From assembly GCA_036677065.1 (NCBI GenBank), contig JAKFBS010000002.1, forward strand, positions 888,037 to 952,036: a stretch of DNA of 64,000 nt, given 5' to 3'. Origin of the DNA: Bdellovibrio sp. (GTDB lineage: Bacteria; Bdellovibrionota; Bdellovibrionia; Bdellovibrionales; Bdellovibrionaceae). Below are positions 48,387 through 59,017 of this stretch, one piece after another (position 1 is the stretch's first letter; every line of letters begins with the position of its first letter). The notes below the pieces were generated by a model that worked only from the letters and a program-made list of their open reading frames with translations, ran no database searches and was not told the origin of the DNA. Made by a program: the position numbers and the translations under genes.

Positions 48387-51300
48387 TTTTGATACAAACT
48401 TTCGATTTTGGATGAAGTTCACAAAGTGCCGATTTCAGTTCGGCAGCTTGCGATTCGGCTTTCATCGCTCGCGAAGAAGCGTCTTCAGCAATATTTCTAA
48501 GTTGAGCATTTTCAGCTTTTATCTTCGCAATCTCTGAGTGAACTTGCTGCGAATCGTGAAACCAAACACTGTAGAACTCTTTCAATGCATTGATCAAAAG
48601 CGGAATAATTTCGACGTACTTAACACCTAACATGCCGTTGGATTTTCGCTCAATAGCTTCTGGTAAAACTTTTTCAACGTCTTGGGCAATCACACCCACA
48701 CGACGCGGAGTAGAAGCAGGATCAGTGTTATAAAGATAAGTCATCCCATTTAGCTGAAGGGCTTTTTCAAGAGCTGATTCAATCGGGCGAATTTGTTTTT
48801 TAAGACGGCGATCAGAGTTAGCGGCCCAGCTTGTGCCACCGTTGCTCATCCACTGCCCCGTGCCTCCACCATTATAAATAATGAAGCTTCCTGTTCCACC
48901 TTCAGGTCCGACTGACCACGAAGCTGTTGGGTTCGATAATCTGAGCGGCGTACCACTCGAATGAACGTGCAAGTTAGTTCCCGGATTAGTAAGACCAATA
49001 CCCACATTACCTGTTGAATGCTGGACATACACCTTACCGTCTGCAAGATAAACATCACCACTGGCATTGTTTACACTCATTGGTCTTAAAGTATTCCAAG
49101 TGCCATACTGATTTCCTGAAGCTGTTAACAATGGCATATAGGTATTGACGCCATCGTTTCTGATCATGGCTGCGTAATTGCCGCCAATAGCCCGAAAATT
49201 CGCATAGGTGCCAAGCGCTGCAACGACTTCGCCATTTACATCCAGCTTTTGTTGCGGTGATGTTTTACCTACACCGACATTACCACCAGCGTCTTGTAAA
49301 ACTAAGGGCTGACTCGCGTTCGAACCAATCGACATAAAAGCACTTGCTGGTGTGGCGTTATAAGTCCATTTAATACGTCCTCGATTGGTCGCATCTTGTC
49401 CTAATGTAAATAGAGTATTTGCGTTTGTACTTCCAAGAGTTATTGAACTAAGAGGATTTGCCATTGCACCTAAATCTGCACCAACAGAAAGAATATTTGT
49501 AGGCGATGATGTACTCACACCGACATAACCGGCCGGAGTAATAACCATCGAAGGGTTAATATGACCGGAGTTTGAACCACCTTGGTCTGCATTTAAGTAT
49601 AAATAACTTAATGTACTGCTTGTAGCTAGAGCTCCAAAACTACCAAGTTTTGAACCGCCATGACCTAAAGAAAACTCTCTTGCCCAGCTTCCAGAGTACG
49701 AACCTGAAGTATCGACATGCACGCCATACGTTGGACCACTGTATCCTAAGCGAACTGCACCGCTTAAGCCGCCCGAACTAATATCTAGCTGTGCAGCTGG
49801 TGTCGTTGTACCAATCCCGACGTTACCGATTCCGTTCACTGCAAATTGAGATATTCCATTTTTAACAACATTAAACAATTGAGTGCCTGATGAACCTAAT
49901 CCAGAATTATCTTTCTGAACAAAATAAGCACCAGTATTCGTGTAGCCTGCATCAATTCCACCAATAAAAGCCGCAGTTGTGTTTGTCTCGCCATTAAAGT
50001 CCCTACTAACTGCTAATCTCGCAGTTGGCGCCGTCGTACCAATACCGATATTACCCGGAGACCGAATGACCATCCATTCTTTATTCAGAGAATCAGTTGT
50101 GGTGTGCCCACGAAAAACAAATCCCCCATCAGTATTTCCATTAGTTGAATTACCATCCTGCATTTCTAAAATTATTGCATCCAGATTTGAACCGAAATAA
50201 TTCGAATCGCCTAATAGCCTAAACCCCTCGCCCATATTTGCAAAAATATTACCGGCAACATGTAGTTTTTCAGATGGCGAGGCTGTACCGATACCGACAT
50301 CACCTGCTACATAATTTATGCTGGTTCCAGAAGTATTCCATTGCGACGATGTAAATGATCCACTCGCAGCTGGTGTATAACCAAGTGCTGTAGTCACATC
50401 ACTTGATGCTAACGCTGCCGATGATGTTACGCGCCCTTTTGCATTAACTGTTACTTTTGTGTATGTACCGGCTGTGACGCCGCTGTTAGATAATACCAGT
50501 GTATTACTTGCCGCAGCTTTTGTTACATCACCTATGTAGGCCGGAGTTCTTGCAATAGCTAAAGTACCAGTTGCACTTGCTGAACCTAGATCTATTGTTG
50601 AAGCCGTAGCAAATGTTCCTAAGCCTAAATTAGTTCGCGCGGTCGCGTTTGAAGTAAGATCACTTAAGTTATTTGCTTTAACTAAATAATTTCCAAGCGC
50701 TGTTGCACTTGCTGGAACATAACCTAACACCTGCGCCACTGAGGCCGCACTGGAAGTGATTTTATTATTAAATGTTGTGTAATCTGTATTTGATAAAAGA
50801 CCCGCAGTTACAGAACCCGCCGAAGCCAATGGAATATTTAGTCTATGTACTCCGTTAGTTGTTACAAATGCCGGTGCAGTGCCCGTAGTCCCGTTTGCCA
50901 AAGTTTGGGTTGCACTTGTTGAACCGTTAAACGATTGAAGACCTTCACCAGATACGCCGAACGCTGCCCAGGTTGTGCCATCACAAAATTCTACACTGCC
51001 AGCATTATAACGTAATGTACCTGCGTAACTTACGGCACATGTTGCTGATTCCATACTGATCTTTACACCACCGCTGACAACTAATTTCGTCACTGGAGCT
51101 GTAGTGCCAATACCCACATTGCCTGTTGAAGTAATACGAATTTTTTCTGTTCCCGAAGTTGAAAAACCTAATTCATTACTGCCACCAGAAGCATTTGGAT
51201 TAAACATTCCCGTATCAGAATCCACATTAAATGCATACGATGGCTGAGCCGCATTACCACCGGTAAAATAAATTTGCGGACCCGCGCCACCGGCATTAAA

Positions 51301-54300
51301 ACTTAAACTAGAACCAGACCAAGTTCCTTTAAGTGCACCTGCTACAGAAAAACCTAAATATCCACCGGCATTGTAAAGACCCGTATTTGGATCACTTGCA
51401 AAAGTGATTGATGGCGAATTAAATGCGCCGTTACCTGCATAAAGTTTATTTACTTTTACTGTACCGCTAACGTCTAAAGTTTGTGATGGATTAACTACAC
51501 CAAGACCAACATTGCCTGTGTTATAAAATATAGACGTCGCACTTGTTGTCCATTGCGACGATGTAAATGATCCACTTGCAGCAGGTGTATAACCAAGTGC
51601 AGTGGTTACATCACTTACTGCTAATGCCGCCGATGAAGTTACCCGGCCTTTGGCATCGACTGTTACTTTTGTGTATGTTCCGGCAGTGACGCCGCTGTTT
51701 GATAATACCAGTGTATTACTTGCTGCAGCTTTCGTTACATCACCTGTGTATGCTGGAGTTCTTGCAATCGCTAAAGTACCAGTAGCACTTGCTGAACCTA
51801 AATCAATGGTATTTGCAGTAGCAAATGTTCCTAAGCCTAAGTTAGTTCGCGCTGCCGCACTTGAAGTAAGATCACTTAAGTTATTTGCTTTTACTAAATA
51901 ATTTCCAAGCGCTGTTGCACTTGCCGGCACATAACCTAGCACTTGCGCAACAGATGCAGCGGATGAAGTAATTTTTCCTGCGAAATTTGCATAATCTGCA
52001 TTTGAAATCAATCCAGCCGTTGTTGCTCCTACTGATGCGAAAGGAATATTTAATGTATGTATTCCGTTAGTTGTTACAAACGCAGGGGCAGTGCCCGTAG
52101 TTCCGTTTGCAAAACTTTGGGTTCCACTTGTTGAACCGTTAAACGATTGAAGGCCTGAACCAGAAACTCCAAATGCTGACCATGTCGTGCCGTTACAAAA
52201 TTCTACATTTCCAGAGTTATAACGTAATGTACCTGCATAGCCTGCAGCACATGTGGCTGATTCCATGCTAATACGTATCCCACCATTCACATCTAATTTT
52301 GTAACTGGCGAACTCCAGCCAATCCCGACATTACCTGATTCACGAATTGTAAATACATCTGTTGGCGCCGAAGCCACACCTAGTTGAAAATAGAAACCTA
52401 AGCTTCCGGCGGCTCCGCCGGAACTATCATGAAAGCTTTGAAGCATTAATACTTTTTTATTACTTTCATCTGAATTTGCACGAATATACGGAGCTGTTAC
52501 GACACTGTCTCCGCCATAAACTTCAAGATATTGTCTGCTTTCGTAGTTATAACGGCTCGAACGAATTGCACCGCTGGCAACCTCAAACATCACATTCGGA
52601 CTTGTGGTGTTGACGCCAACTTTACCTGCCATATAATTTATAGTAGTTCCCGAAGTATTCCACTGCGAAGATGTGAATGATCCACTTGCCGCTGGTGTAT
52701 AACCAAGGGCTGTGGTCACATCACTTGATGCTAACTGCGCACCACTTGTTACGCGACCCTTACCGTCAACAGTCACTTTTGTATACTGAGTTCCACTTGT
52801 AATATTAGCAAAACTTGGAAGTCTGGCCTCAGCTAAAATCCCTGTAGCATCGCTTGCAGATAAATCAATTAATGATTTTGTTGCTAAAGATCCTAACCCT
52901 AAATTAGCTCGAGCTACTGTCGCTGAAGTTAAATCTGATAAATTATTTGTTTTCACTAAATAATTTCCAAGTGCTGTAGCACTGGCTGGCACATAACCCA
53001 ACACCTGCGCAATGGCTGCAGATGATGAAGTAATTTTTCCTGCAAAATTTGCATAATCTACATTTGAAATTAAGCCAGCCGTTGTAGTTCCCACTGAAGC
53101 GAACGGAATATTTAATGTATGCACACCGTTTGCTGTTACAAATGCAGGGGCATTGCCCGTAGTACCGTTTGTAAAACTTTGCGTGCCGCTTGTTGACCCA
53201 TTAAATGATTGCAATCCCGCACCAGAAATTCCGAATGCTGACCACGTTGATCCGTTACAAAATTCTACATTACCTGCGTTATAGCGTAAAGTTCCGGCGT
53301 AGTTCACCGTACAAGCTGCTGATTCCATACTGATTTTTACGCCACCCGAAACTTCCAGTTTTGTATTTGGCGCAGCCGTACCGATGCCAACGTTTCCGTT
53401 TATGTAATTTAGAGTAGTGCCCGAGGTATTCCATTGCGACGATGTAAACGATCCACTCGCTGCTGGCGTATAACCAAGAGTCGTAATAATCGCTGCACTT
53501 GTAGCCGCTTGTTTATTGTTAAAAGTATTCCAATCGGCTGATGCTAAATATCCGTTATTGCTTGAGTTAGCTTGAGCGATGGACAATGTCGGATTTTCGC
53601 CACCGGTGCTGCTGATTGGACCCGTCACAGAAATTGAGGCGACCGTGCCACTGGCGCCAGCATCAAAAACACAAGTAAAACTTGTTCCGCTAAACGTTAA
53701 ATACTGATTGCCCGCGCAAGTTGGAATATTGCGGTTCACATATTTTGAACCATCATATTGAAGAATGTCATTCGCTGTTAAGCTGCTGACTGTGACCGAT
53801 ACCCCTTGGATACGATTCACAGTGATGTTTGAAATAATTCCTGAAATATCTCCGGCAAAAGTTGAAGTTGTATTCAGAACTGTGTTTGGCAAATCTGACA
53901 GTAGCAACGTTGTTGCGCCACTGGTTACCCGCCCTTTGTTATCTGTAATCACTTTAAAATAAGTTCCGGCAGTGCCGATGCTTGCTAATCCCAATGTCGG
54001 CGTAGATCCACCCGTTGATGTGATTTCATTTAATGTGCCTGATACACTGGTCACCGAACCAGTTGCTGAATCTATCCAAGATAAATTTCCAGTTCCATCA
54101 GTCGATAAAACTTGTCCTGTGGTACCACTGGTTGCGGGTAAAATTAAAGTGTAGTTTGCAGCTAAGCTTGTTGGCGCCTGAAGTCTGATGTTAAAACTTG
54201 TACTTGGTTTGTAAATATCAACGTAATTTGTTTTTGTGCTATTTGCATAAATATCATTTGCTGTGAAATTTCCTGAACTATCACGTTTTACTAAAGTGTT

Positions 54301-55161
54301 CACAGCATTCGCCGCAGAAGCTACGGCATCAATTTGCGCGGTCACAGCCGCACCGCTGACTGGGGCATAACCTAACGTAGTTATAATTTCTGTACTGCTT
54401 GCACCAAGCTTTGTTTTAAATTCGGCATAATCCAAAGATGTTAAATAACCATCACTCGACATTGATGCGGCAGTGATACTGATCACCGGCGCTGAAGCTG
54501 TTCCACCTGTAGTCAAAACCGTTCCGCTGGTGGTTACACTTGAAATTCCGCTACTACTAACACCTACTGCGATACAACTAAAACTAACACCGTTAAATTT
54601 AATCGCTTCGTTACTTTGACAGTTAAGAGACGCCAATGATGAATATTCAACAAAATTTGAATCAGATTTTCCGTTAAGTAAATTTGTGTTTTCAGACTTA
54701 GCGGCATACATTGCATAAGGTACCGCATTGATTGCCATTGCCGGTAATGTTTGCCAGCCGCTACTGTCTTGAAATTGCATCACAATTTTTCGCGCATCTG
54801 TAGGAGTCGGGTTATAAATTCCTGGTGATTGACACGGAAACGAAACTGTCGAGTTATCAAATACAGATGCTAATGTTGTAGCACTGACCGGGTATGATCT
54901 GGTTCCGGCGCCGAGTGCAAACGAAATAAGACCACCGGTACCTGTCATATTTACCGCTGCATAATTTTCAACGTATAAAACACAAGAACCGGCAGGGTCT
55001 AGAATTGTAAATCTAAAGTTTACACTAGCCGCTTCAAGAGGATGACCATCAGGCTTAACAATTTTGGCTTGGTATGTGGTACGTAATGGGGTGGCTAGTA
55101 CCAGCGTTGCTGATAATAAAATAGCTGCAGATAAAATGATTTTTATGAGCTGACGAACCAC
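48379..55161 (-). CDS. 2260-aa phage-tail-fibre-like trimeric adhesin with C-terminal S74 chaperone/peptidase (MAT-like)
   Basis: Signal peptide, N-terminal TYQAKI...VPYA domain, GNVGIGTT.P and KVTVD.KGRVT repeats, SDRRLKK...GVIAQDVE...IPLLINALKE plus coiled coil. Confidence 0.85.
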   Translation of the reverse strand: MVRQLIKIILSAAILLSATLVLATPLRTTYQAKIVKPDGHPLEAASVNFRFTILDPAGSCVLYVENYAAVNMTGTGGLISFALGAGTRSYPVSATTLASVFDNSTVSFPCQSPGIYNPTPTDARKIVMQFQDSSGWQTLPAMAINAVPYAMYAAKSENTNLLNGKSDSNFVEYSSLASLNCQSNEAIKFNGVSFSCIAVGVSSSGISSVTTSGTVLTTGGTASAPVISITAASMSSDGYLTSLDYAEFKTKLGASSTEIITTLGYAPVSGAAVTAQIDAVASAANAVNTLVKRDSSGNFTANDIYANSTKTNYVDIYKPSTSFNIRLQAPTSLAANYTLILPATSGTTGQVLSTDGTGNLSWIDSATGSVTSVSGTLNEITSTGGSTPTLGLASIGTAGTYFKVITDNKGRVTSGATTLLLSDLPNTVLNTTSTFAGDISGIISNITVNRIQGVSVTVSSLTANDILQYDGSKYVNRNIPTCAGNQYLTFSGTSFTCVFDAGASGTVASISVTGPISSTGGENPTLSIAQANSSNNGYLASADWNTFNNKQAATSAAIITTLGYTPAASGSFTSSQWNTSGTTLNYINGNVGIGTAAPNTKLEVSGGVKISMESAACTVNYAGTLRYNAGNVEFCNGSTWSAFGISGAGLQSFNGSTSGTQSFTNGTTGNAPAFVTANGVHTLNIPFASVGTTTAGLISNVDYANFAGKITSSSAAIAQVLGYVPASATALGNYLVKTNNLSDLTSATVARANLGLGSLATKSLIDLSASDATGILAEARLPSFANITSGTQYTKVTVDGKGRVTSGAQLASSDVTTALGYTPAASGSFTSSQWNTSGTTINYMAGKVGVNTTSPNVMFEVASGAIRSSRYNYESRQYLEVYGGDSVVTAPYIRANSDESNKKVLMLQSFHDSSGGAAGSLGFYFQLGVASAPTDVFTIRESGNVGIGWSSPVTKLDVNGGIRISMESATCAAGYAGTLRYNSGNVEFCNGTTWSAFGVSGSGLQSFNGSTSGTQSFANGTTGTAPAFVTTNGIHTLNIPFASVGATTAGLISNADYANFAGKITSSAASVAQVLGYVPASATALGNYLVKANNLSDLTSSAAARTNLGLGTFATANTIDLGSASATGTLAIARTPAYTGDVTKAAASNTLVLSNSGVTAGTYTKVTVDAKGRVTSSAALAVSDVTTALGYTPAASGSFTSSQWTTSATSIFYNTGNVGLGVVNPSQTLDVSGTVKVNKLYAGNGAFNSPSITFASDPNTGLYNAGGYLGFSVAGALKGTWSGSSLSFNAGGAGPQIYFTGGNAAQPSYAFNVDSDTGMFNPNASGGSNELGFSTSGTEKIRITSTGNVGIGTTAPVTKLVVSGGVKISMESATCAVSYAGTLRYNAGSVEFCDGTTWAAFGVSGEGLQSFNGSTSATQTLANGTTGTAPAFVTTNGVHRLNIPLASAGSVTAGLLSNTDYTTFNNKITSSAASVAQVLGYVPASATALGNYLVKANNLSDLTSNATARTNLGLGTFATASTIDLGSASATGTLAIARTPAYIGDVTKAAASNTLVLSNSGVTAGTYTKVTVNAKGRVTSSAALASSDVTTALGYTPAASGSFTSSQWNTSGTSINYVAGDVGIGTASPSEKLHVAGNIFANMGEGFRLLGDSNYFGSNLDAIILEMQDGNSTNGNTDGGFVFRGHTTTDSLNKEWMVIRSPGNIGIGTTAPTARLAVSRDFNGETNTTAAFIGGIDAGYTNTGAYFVQKDNSGLGSSGTQLFNVVKNGISQFAVNGIGNVGIGTTTPAAQLDISSGGLSGAVRLGYSGPTYGVHVDTSGSYSGSWAREFSLGHGGSKLGSFGALATSSTLSYLYLNADQGGSNSGHINPSMVITPAGYVGVSTSSPTNILSVGADLGAMANPLSSITLGSTNANTLFTLGQDATNRGRIKWTYNATPASAFMSIGSNASQPLVLQDAGGNVGVGKTSPQQKLDVNGEVVAALGTYANFRAIGGNYAAMIRNDGVNTYMPLLTASGNQYGTWNTLRPMSVNNASGDVYLADGKVYVQHSTGNVGIGLTNPGTNLHVHSSGTPLRLSNPTASWSVGPEGGTGSFIIYNGGGTGQWMSNGGTSWAANSDRRLKKQIRPIESALEKALQLNGMTYLYNTDPASTPRRVGVIAQDVEKVLPEAIERKSNGMLGVKYVEIIPLLINALKEFYSVWFHDSQQVHSEIAKIKAENAQLRNIAEDASSRAMKAESQAAELKSALCELHPKSKVCIKIK
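50338..53470 (-). repeat. Long internal direct repeats in the fibre gene
   Basis: Block starting near 50338 is repeated near 51550 (offset about 1.2 kb) and partly near 52660; SQW-T-S junction occurs 4 times (~50338, 51550, 52660, 53430). Confidence 0.85.
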
Positions 55162-55323
55162 ATATACATATCGGTCTAAAGTGAAAATTTAATAATGCTT
55201 TTTGTCGATTTTCAGAGCGAAAAAAGTGTACTTTTTAAATCATTCATTATTTAAATGTCTTAACTTGATACAACTGGGGCTCGCAAATAACAAAACCTTG
55301 CCAAAAGCCAGCCCACTGAATAT

Positions 55324-56094
55324 TTAAATACTTAAATTTTTTATATGCTTAAGAAATTTTTCGTGAACAGCATTTTCCATTTTATACACACCAGATTCTT
55401 TACCCATAAGCCATTTCGCCGCAAAAATTGCCCCGGTGCCAAAAGCAGAACGACTTACACTTTCGTGAGTTAATCTTAATGTTTGATACGGAAGCCCAAA
55501 GATCACTTCGTGTTTTCCCACGATGCCGCCGACGCGGATTGAGTTAACATGATCATTCTCGTTTAAATTTAAATGTTGAGCAATTTTTAATGCCGTACCA
55601 GAAACTTCTTTTTTATTGCGAAAATGTTCTTCAACAATTTCGATGTCTGCATTTGGAATAATTTGTTTAAGTAACTTCGAAGCAATTAATAACCAGTTTA
55701 TTCCCAGCGTGATATTCGGCGAAGCTAATACCGCCGTTTTTTGCCCCGCCGATTTAACTAATTCTAATTCATCAGTTGAATAATTTGAAATGGCAGAAAC
55801 TACTTTTACTCCCTGCGAAGCCAAAATGTCGTATAGCTTTGCTGATCCACCGATAGAAAAATCAATTACTAAATCTACAGGATTAGCTTTCAAAAATTTT
55901 TCACAAAACATTTCTACAGATACAAACGGAGCAAATTTTTCTTCGTAACCTAACGAATGACTGGCATAGAACGAATTAGGATTAACTGTTCTTTTCATGA
56001 CCCACTTTAAAGTGAAATCTGCATCTTTAACCAGTTCCTGGGCGACAAGTGAGCCAGTTCTACCAAATCCGAATAAACCTACATTTAAATGCAT
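55324..56094 (-). CDS. dapB: Dihydrodipicolinate reductase-like protein
   Basis: GFGRTG, IDFS, EEHFRNKKEVSGTA, SIRVGGIVGKHEV, AFGTGA. Confidence 0.75.
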   Translation of the reverse strand: MHLNVGLFGFGRTGSLVAQELVKDADFTLKWVMKRTVNPNSFYASHSLGYEEKFAPFVSVEMFCEKFLKANPVDLVIDFSIGGSAKLYDILASQGVKVVSAISNYSTDELELVKSAGQKTAVLASPNITLGINWLLIASKLLKQIIPNADIEIVEEHFRNKKEVSGTALKIAQHLNLNENDHVNSIRVGGIVGKHEVIFGLPYQTLRLTHESVSRSAFGTGAIFAAKWLMGKESGVYKMENAVHEKFLKHIKNLSI

Positions 56095-56320
56095 AGGGCA
56101 CCTTTCAGCGAAAAGCGACCCTACTTTTCAATAACTGCAATAATGTATTGCACCCTTAGTATTTGAATTTATATCTATATCATTAGGGCGACAAGGCTCT
56201 TTCGTAAAGTAAAAAAGGCCTGTTTAGCGTGAAAATCAGTATATTAGGCTAGAACTGAAGTTATACGCGTGAGTCAATTTTCATTCTAGAATTTCTAGAG
56301 CTTGTTTACTAATTTAAGAA

Positions 56321-57880
56321 TTAAGATAATTTATCAGACATCACCGAATAATGCGGATCTTCAAAAATATTTACTTCTATCATTGGACCAGCTTTATGTA
56401 AGAGTGTTCTGCAATCTTCGCTTAAGTGCCGTAAATGAATTTTTTTGTTAAGTTTTGAATAACGCTCAGTCAGTTTTTGCACGGCCTCGATGCCACTGTG
56501 ATCGACGATTTTTGATTCTTTAAAATCTACGACAACTTCTGTTGGATCGGTCACAGGATTAAATTTTTCTTGAAAGTTCGTCGTCGACGCGAAAAAAAGT
56601 GGGCCTAATATTTCATAGTGCTTTACACCCTTTTCATCGACAAATGTTTTAGCGCGTATTCGAACTGCACTTTGCCATGCAAACACAAGCGCTGATGCGA
56701 TGACCCCGGCGATAACTGCGACAGCTAAATCAAAGATGACAGTCATTACAGTTACAAAAATTAATACGAACGCATCGGCGCGCGGTATACGATGAAGAAT
56801 TTTAAAACTTGTCCATTCAAATGTTCCAACACACACCATAAACATCACACCCACCAGGGCTGCAATCGGAATCTTTTCAATAAGATTAGACCCAAATAGT
56901 ATGAATGATAGAAGAGCCAAAGCCGCAACTATACCTGAAATTCTTGTGCGCGCACCAGATGTTACATTAATAATACTTTGGCCGATCATCGCACAGCCGC
57001 CCATGCCACCAAAAAACCCTGTCACTACATTTGCAGCACCTTGGGCTAAACATTCTTTATTACCACGTCCACGGGTTTCTGTTAACTCATCAACGATGGT
57101 TAAAGTTAAAAGTGATTCAATGAGTCCAACACCTGCTAAGATCAATGAGTACGGAAAAATAATTTTCAGGGTTTCCCAAGTTAAAGGGACTTCAGGAATA
57201 TGAAATAGCGGCAAACCGCCAGCAATCGAGGCCATATCACCAACCGCTTTTGTGGGAAGCCCCAGAAAAATAACTATCGCTGATACAACTAAGATGGCTA
57301 CAAGCGATGACGGAATCGCTTTGGTTAACTTAGGAAATAAAACTATAATTGCCATCGTGATCGCAATCAACCCCATCATTAAGTACAATGAATTACCGGT
57401 TATCCACTCTAACGCCGTGCCATCAGCGCTGGGTACTTTGAATTGCCCGAATTGAGCAATGAAGATCACAATGGCTAATCCGTTCACAAATCCAAAAATA
57501 ACTGGCTCAGGCACAAGGCGAATAAATTTGCCTAACTTTAACAGACCCATCATTAATTGAAGAATCCCCATGAGTACTACAGCTGCAAATAAATATTCAA
57601 CGCCGTGAGATTTAACCAGCGACACCATAACCACAGCCAAGGCTCCCGTCGCGCCAGAAATCATTCCTGGTCGACCACCAAAAATTGAAGTAATCAAACA
57701 GACTAAAAAAGCTGCGTAAAGCCCAACGAGCGGCTGCACGCCGGCGACAAATGCAAAAGCAACAGCTTCAGGCACCAAGGCTAAAGCTACAGTTAAACCA
57801 GCCATGACTTCTAATTTAAAATCATGTTTTCCAAAAAATCGCGTAAAAATAGGCACATAAACCTCGATGTAAAAAAGCAA
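56321..57880 (-). CDS. SulP family anion transporter with STAS domain
   Basis: ALVPEAVAF, GGRPGMISGATGA, GPLFFAS. Confidence 0.9.
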   Translation of the reverse strand: MLFYIEVYVPIFTRFFGKHDFKLEVMAGLTVALALVPEAVAFAFVAGVQPLVGLYAAFLVCLITSIFGGRPGMISGATGALAVVMVSLVKSHGVEYLFAAVVLMGILQLMMGLLKLGKFIRLVPEPVIFGFVNGLAIVIFIAQFGQFKVPSADGTALEWITGNSLYLMMGLIAITMAIIVLFPKLTKAIPSSLVAILVVSAIVIFLGLPTKAVGDMASIAGGLPLFHIPEVPLTWETLKIIFPYSLILAGVGLIESLLTLTIVDELTETRGRGNKECLAQGAANVVTGFFGGMGGCAMIGQSIINVTSGARTRISGIVAALALLSFILFGSNLIEKIPIAALVGVMFMVCVGTFEWTSFKILHRIPRADAFVLIFVTVMTVIFDLAVAVIAGVIASALVFAWQSAVRIRAKTFVDEKGVKHYEILGPLFFASTTNFQEKFNPVTDPTEVVVDFKESKIVDHSGIEAVQKLTERYSKLNKKIHLRHLSEDCRTLLHKAGPMIEVNIFEDPHYSVMSDKLS

Positions 57881-57921
57881 ATTAACAACCTAAAGCTGGT
57901 TTAGCAAGTCCTGTTAGTAGA

Positions 57922-58689
57922 GTGAAATTGACGACAATCGCAAAAGTTCTTACTCTTAAGCTTATGTCAGTGATTAAAATTTCTATTTTACTAGCCGCAG
58001 TTTTTGCTCTGAGCGCGTGTTCGACATCAAGCGATTGGCGCACGGCTGATCGCAGCAGCATGGGCATTGCCCCGCTTCCTGACAAAGAGCCTGAGGCCAT
58101 AGTTCACGTCTATACGGCGCGGGCTTTTAATTGGCGTGGTTACTTTGCCGTGCACAGTTGGATTGCGACCAAAGAAAAAAATGCCGATCATTATTTAACT
58201 TATCATGTAACCGGTTTTCGCGACGGTGCTAATGTTTTGATTCGTAAAGATATTCCTGATCGCCGCTGGTTTGGTGCCGATGTCACCTTAGTGCAAGAAC
58301 TTAAAGGCTACAAAGCGCAGTCAGCGATTGCAAAGATTGCACAAGCCGCAAAATCTTACCCGTATCAAGAAAATTACCGCTTATGGCCTGGGCCAAACAG
58401 TAATACTTTTATTTCTTATATTATTCGAAATACGGATGAACTTGGAGTTGAACTTCCGCCGAATGCAATCGGTAAAGATTGGATCGGAAAAGCTGATTTT
58501 TTCGGACCCAGCGAAAGTGGAACTGGTTACCAGTTATCGGTTTACGGTGCATTTGGTTTAACCTTAGGTTTAGCTGAAGGTTTTGAAATGAATTTGTTAG
58601 GTCTGACCTTCGGTCTTGATGTGTGGCGGCCAGCTTTAAAACTTCCATTTGTAGGCCGCATCGGTTTTGCGGATGCGCCTGTATTTTAA
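57922..58689 (+). CDS. DUF3750-like lipoprotein
   Basis: LSAC lipobox, WRTADRSS.G.AP, HSWIA, WPGPNSNTF. Confidence 0.8.
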   Translation: MKLTTIAKVLTLKLMSVIKISILLAAVFALSACSTSSDWRTADRSSMGIAPLPDKEPEAIVHVYTARAFNWRGYFAVHSWIATKEKNADHYLTYHVTGFRDGANVLIRKDIPDRRWFGADVTLVQELKGYKAQSAIAKIAQAAKSYPYQENYRLWPGPNSNTFISYIIRNTDELGVELPPNAIGKDWIGKADFFGPSESGTGYQLSVYGAFGLTLGLAEGFEMNLLGLTFGLDVWRPALKLPFVGRIGFADAPVF

Positions 58690-58709
58690 TTCTGTTTTTT
58701 CGCTTGCTA

Positions 58710-58728
58710 TATCCCCTCCCCCTGGATA
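58710..58728. promoter_or_regulatory. RcnR/CsoR-type operator
   Basis: TATCC-CCTCCCCCT-GGATA: inverted repeat around a C-tract just before the repressor gene. Confidence 0.6.
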
Positions 58729-58738
58729 AGTTAATGAC

Positions 58739-59017
58739 ATGAAAAAACATGTGCATGAAACTCATCCCGACATAGTTAATCGATTAAAGCGCGCCGAAGG
58801 GCATCTCAAAAAAGTTATTACTATGCTTGAAAACGGCGAAGGCTGCGTCACCGTGGCGCAACAACTTCATGGCGTCTACAATGCAATCGGAAATGCTAAA
58901 ACTGTTTTGATTCAAGATCATATCGAGCACTGCCTTGATGAATCTATCATTAAGGCTGATTTAAAATCGCAAAAATCTACGCTGACTGAGTTTAAAGAGA
59001 TCACTAAGTATTTATGA
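58739..59017 (+). CDS. CsoR/RcnR-family metal-sensing repressor (NreA-like)
   Basis: HETH, RLKRAEGH, C...AQQL, DHIEHCL, EITKYL. Confidence 0.85.
   Translation: MKKHVHETHPDIVNRLKRAEGHLKKVITMLENGEGCVTVAQQLHGVYNAIGNAKTVLIQDHIEHCLDESIIKADLKSQKSTLTEFKEITKYL

Noticed and set aside
48379..55161. Prophage tail gene or diversity-generating retroelement target
   Set aside because: Has a signal peptide and no phage neighbours; no reverse transcriptase; repeat differences are not adenine-specific
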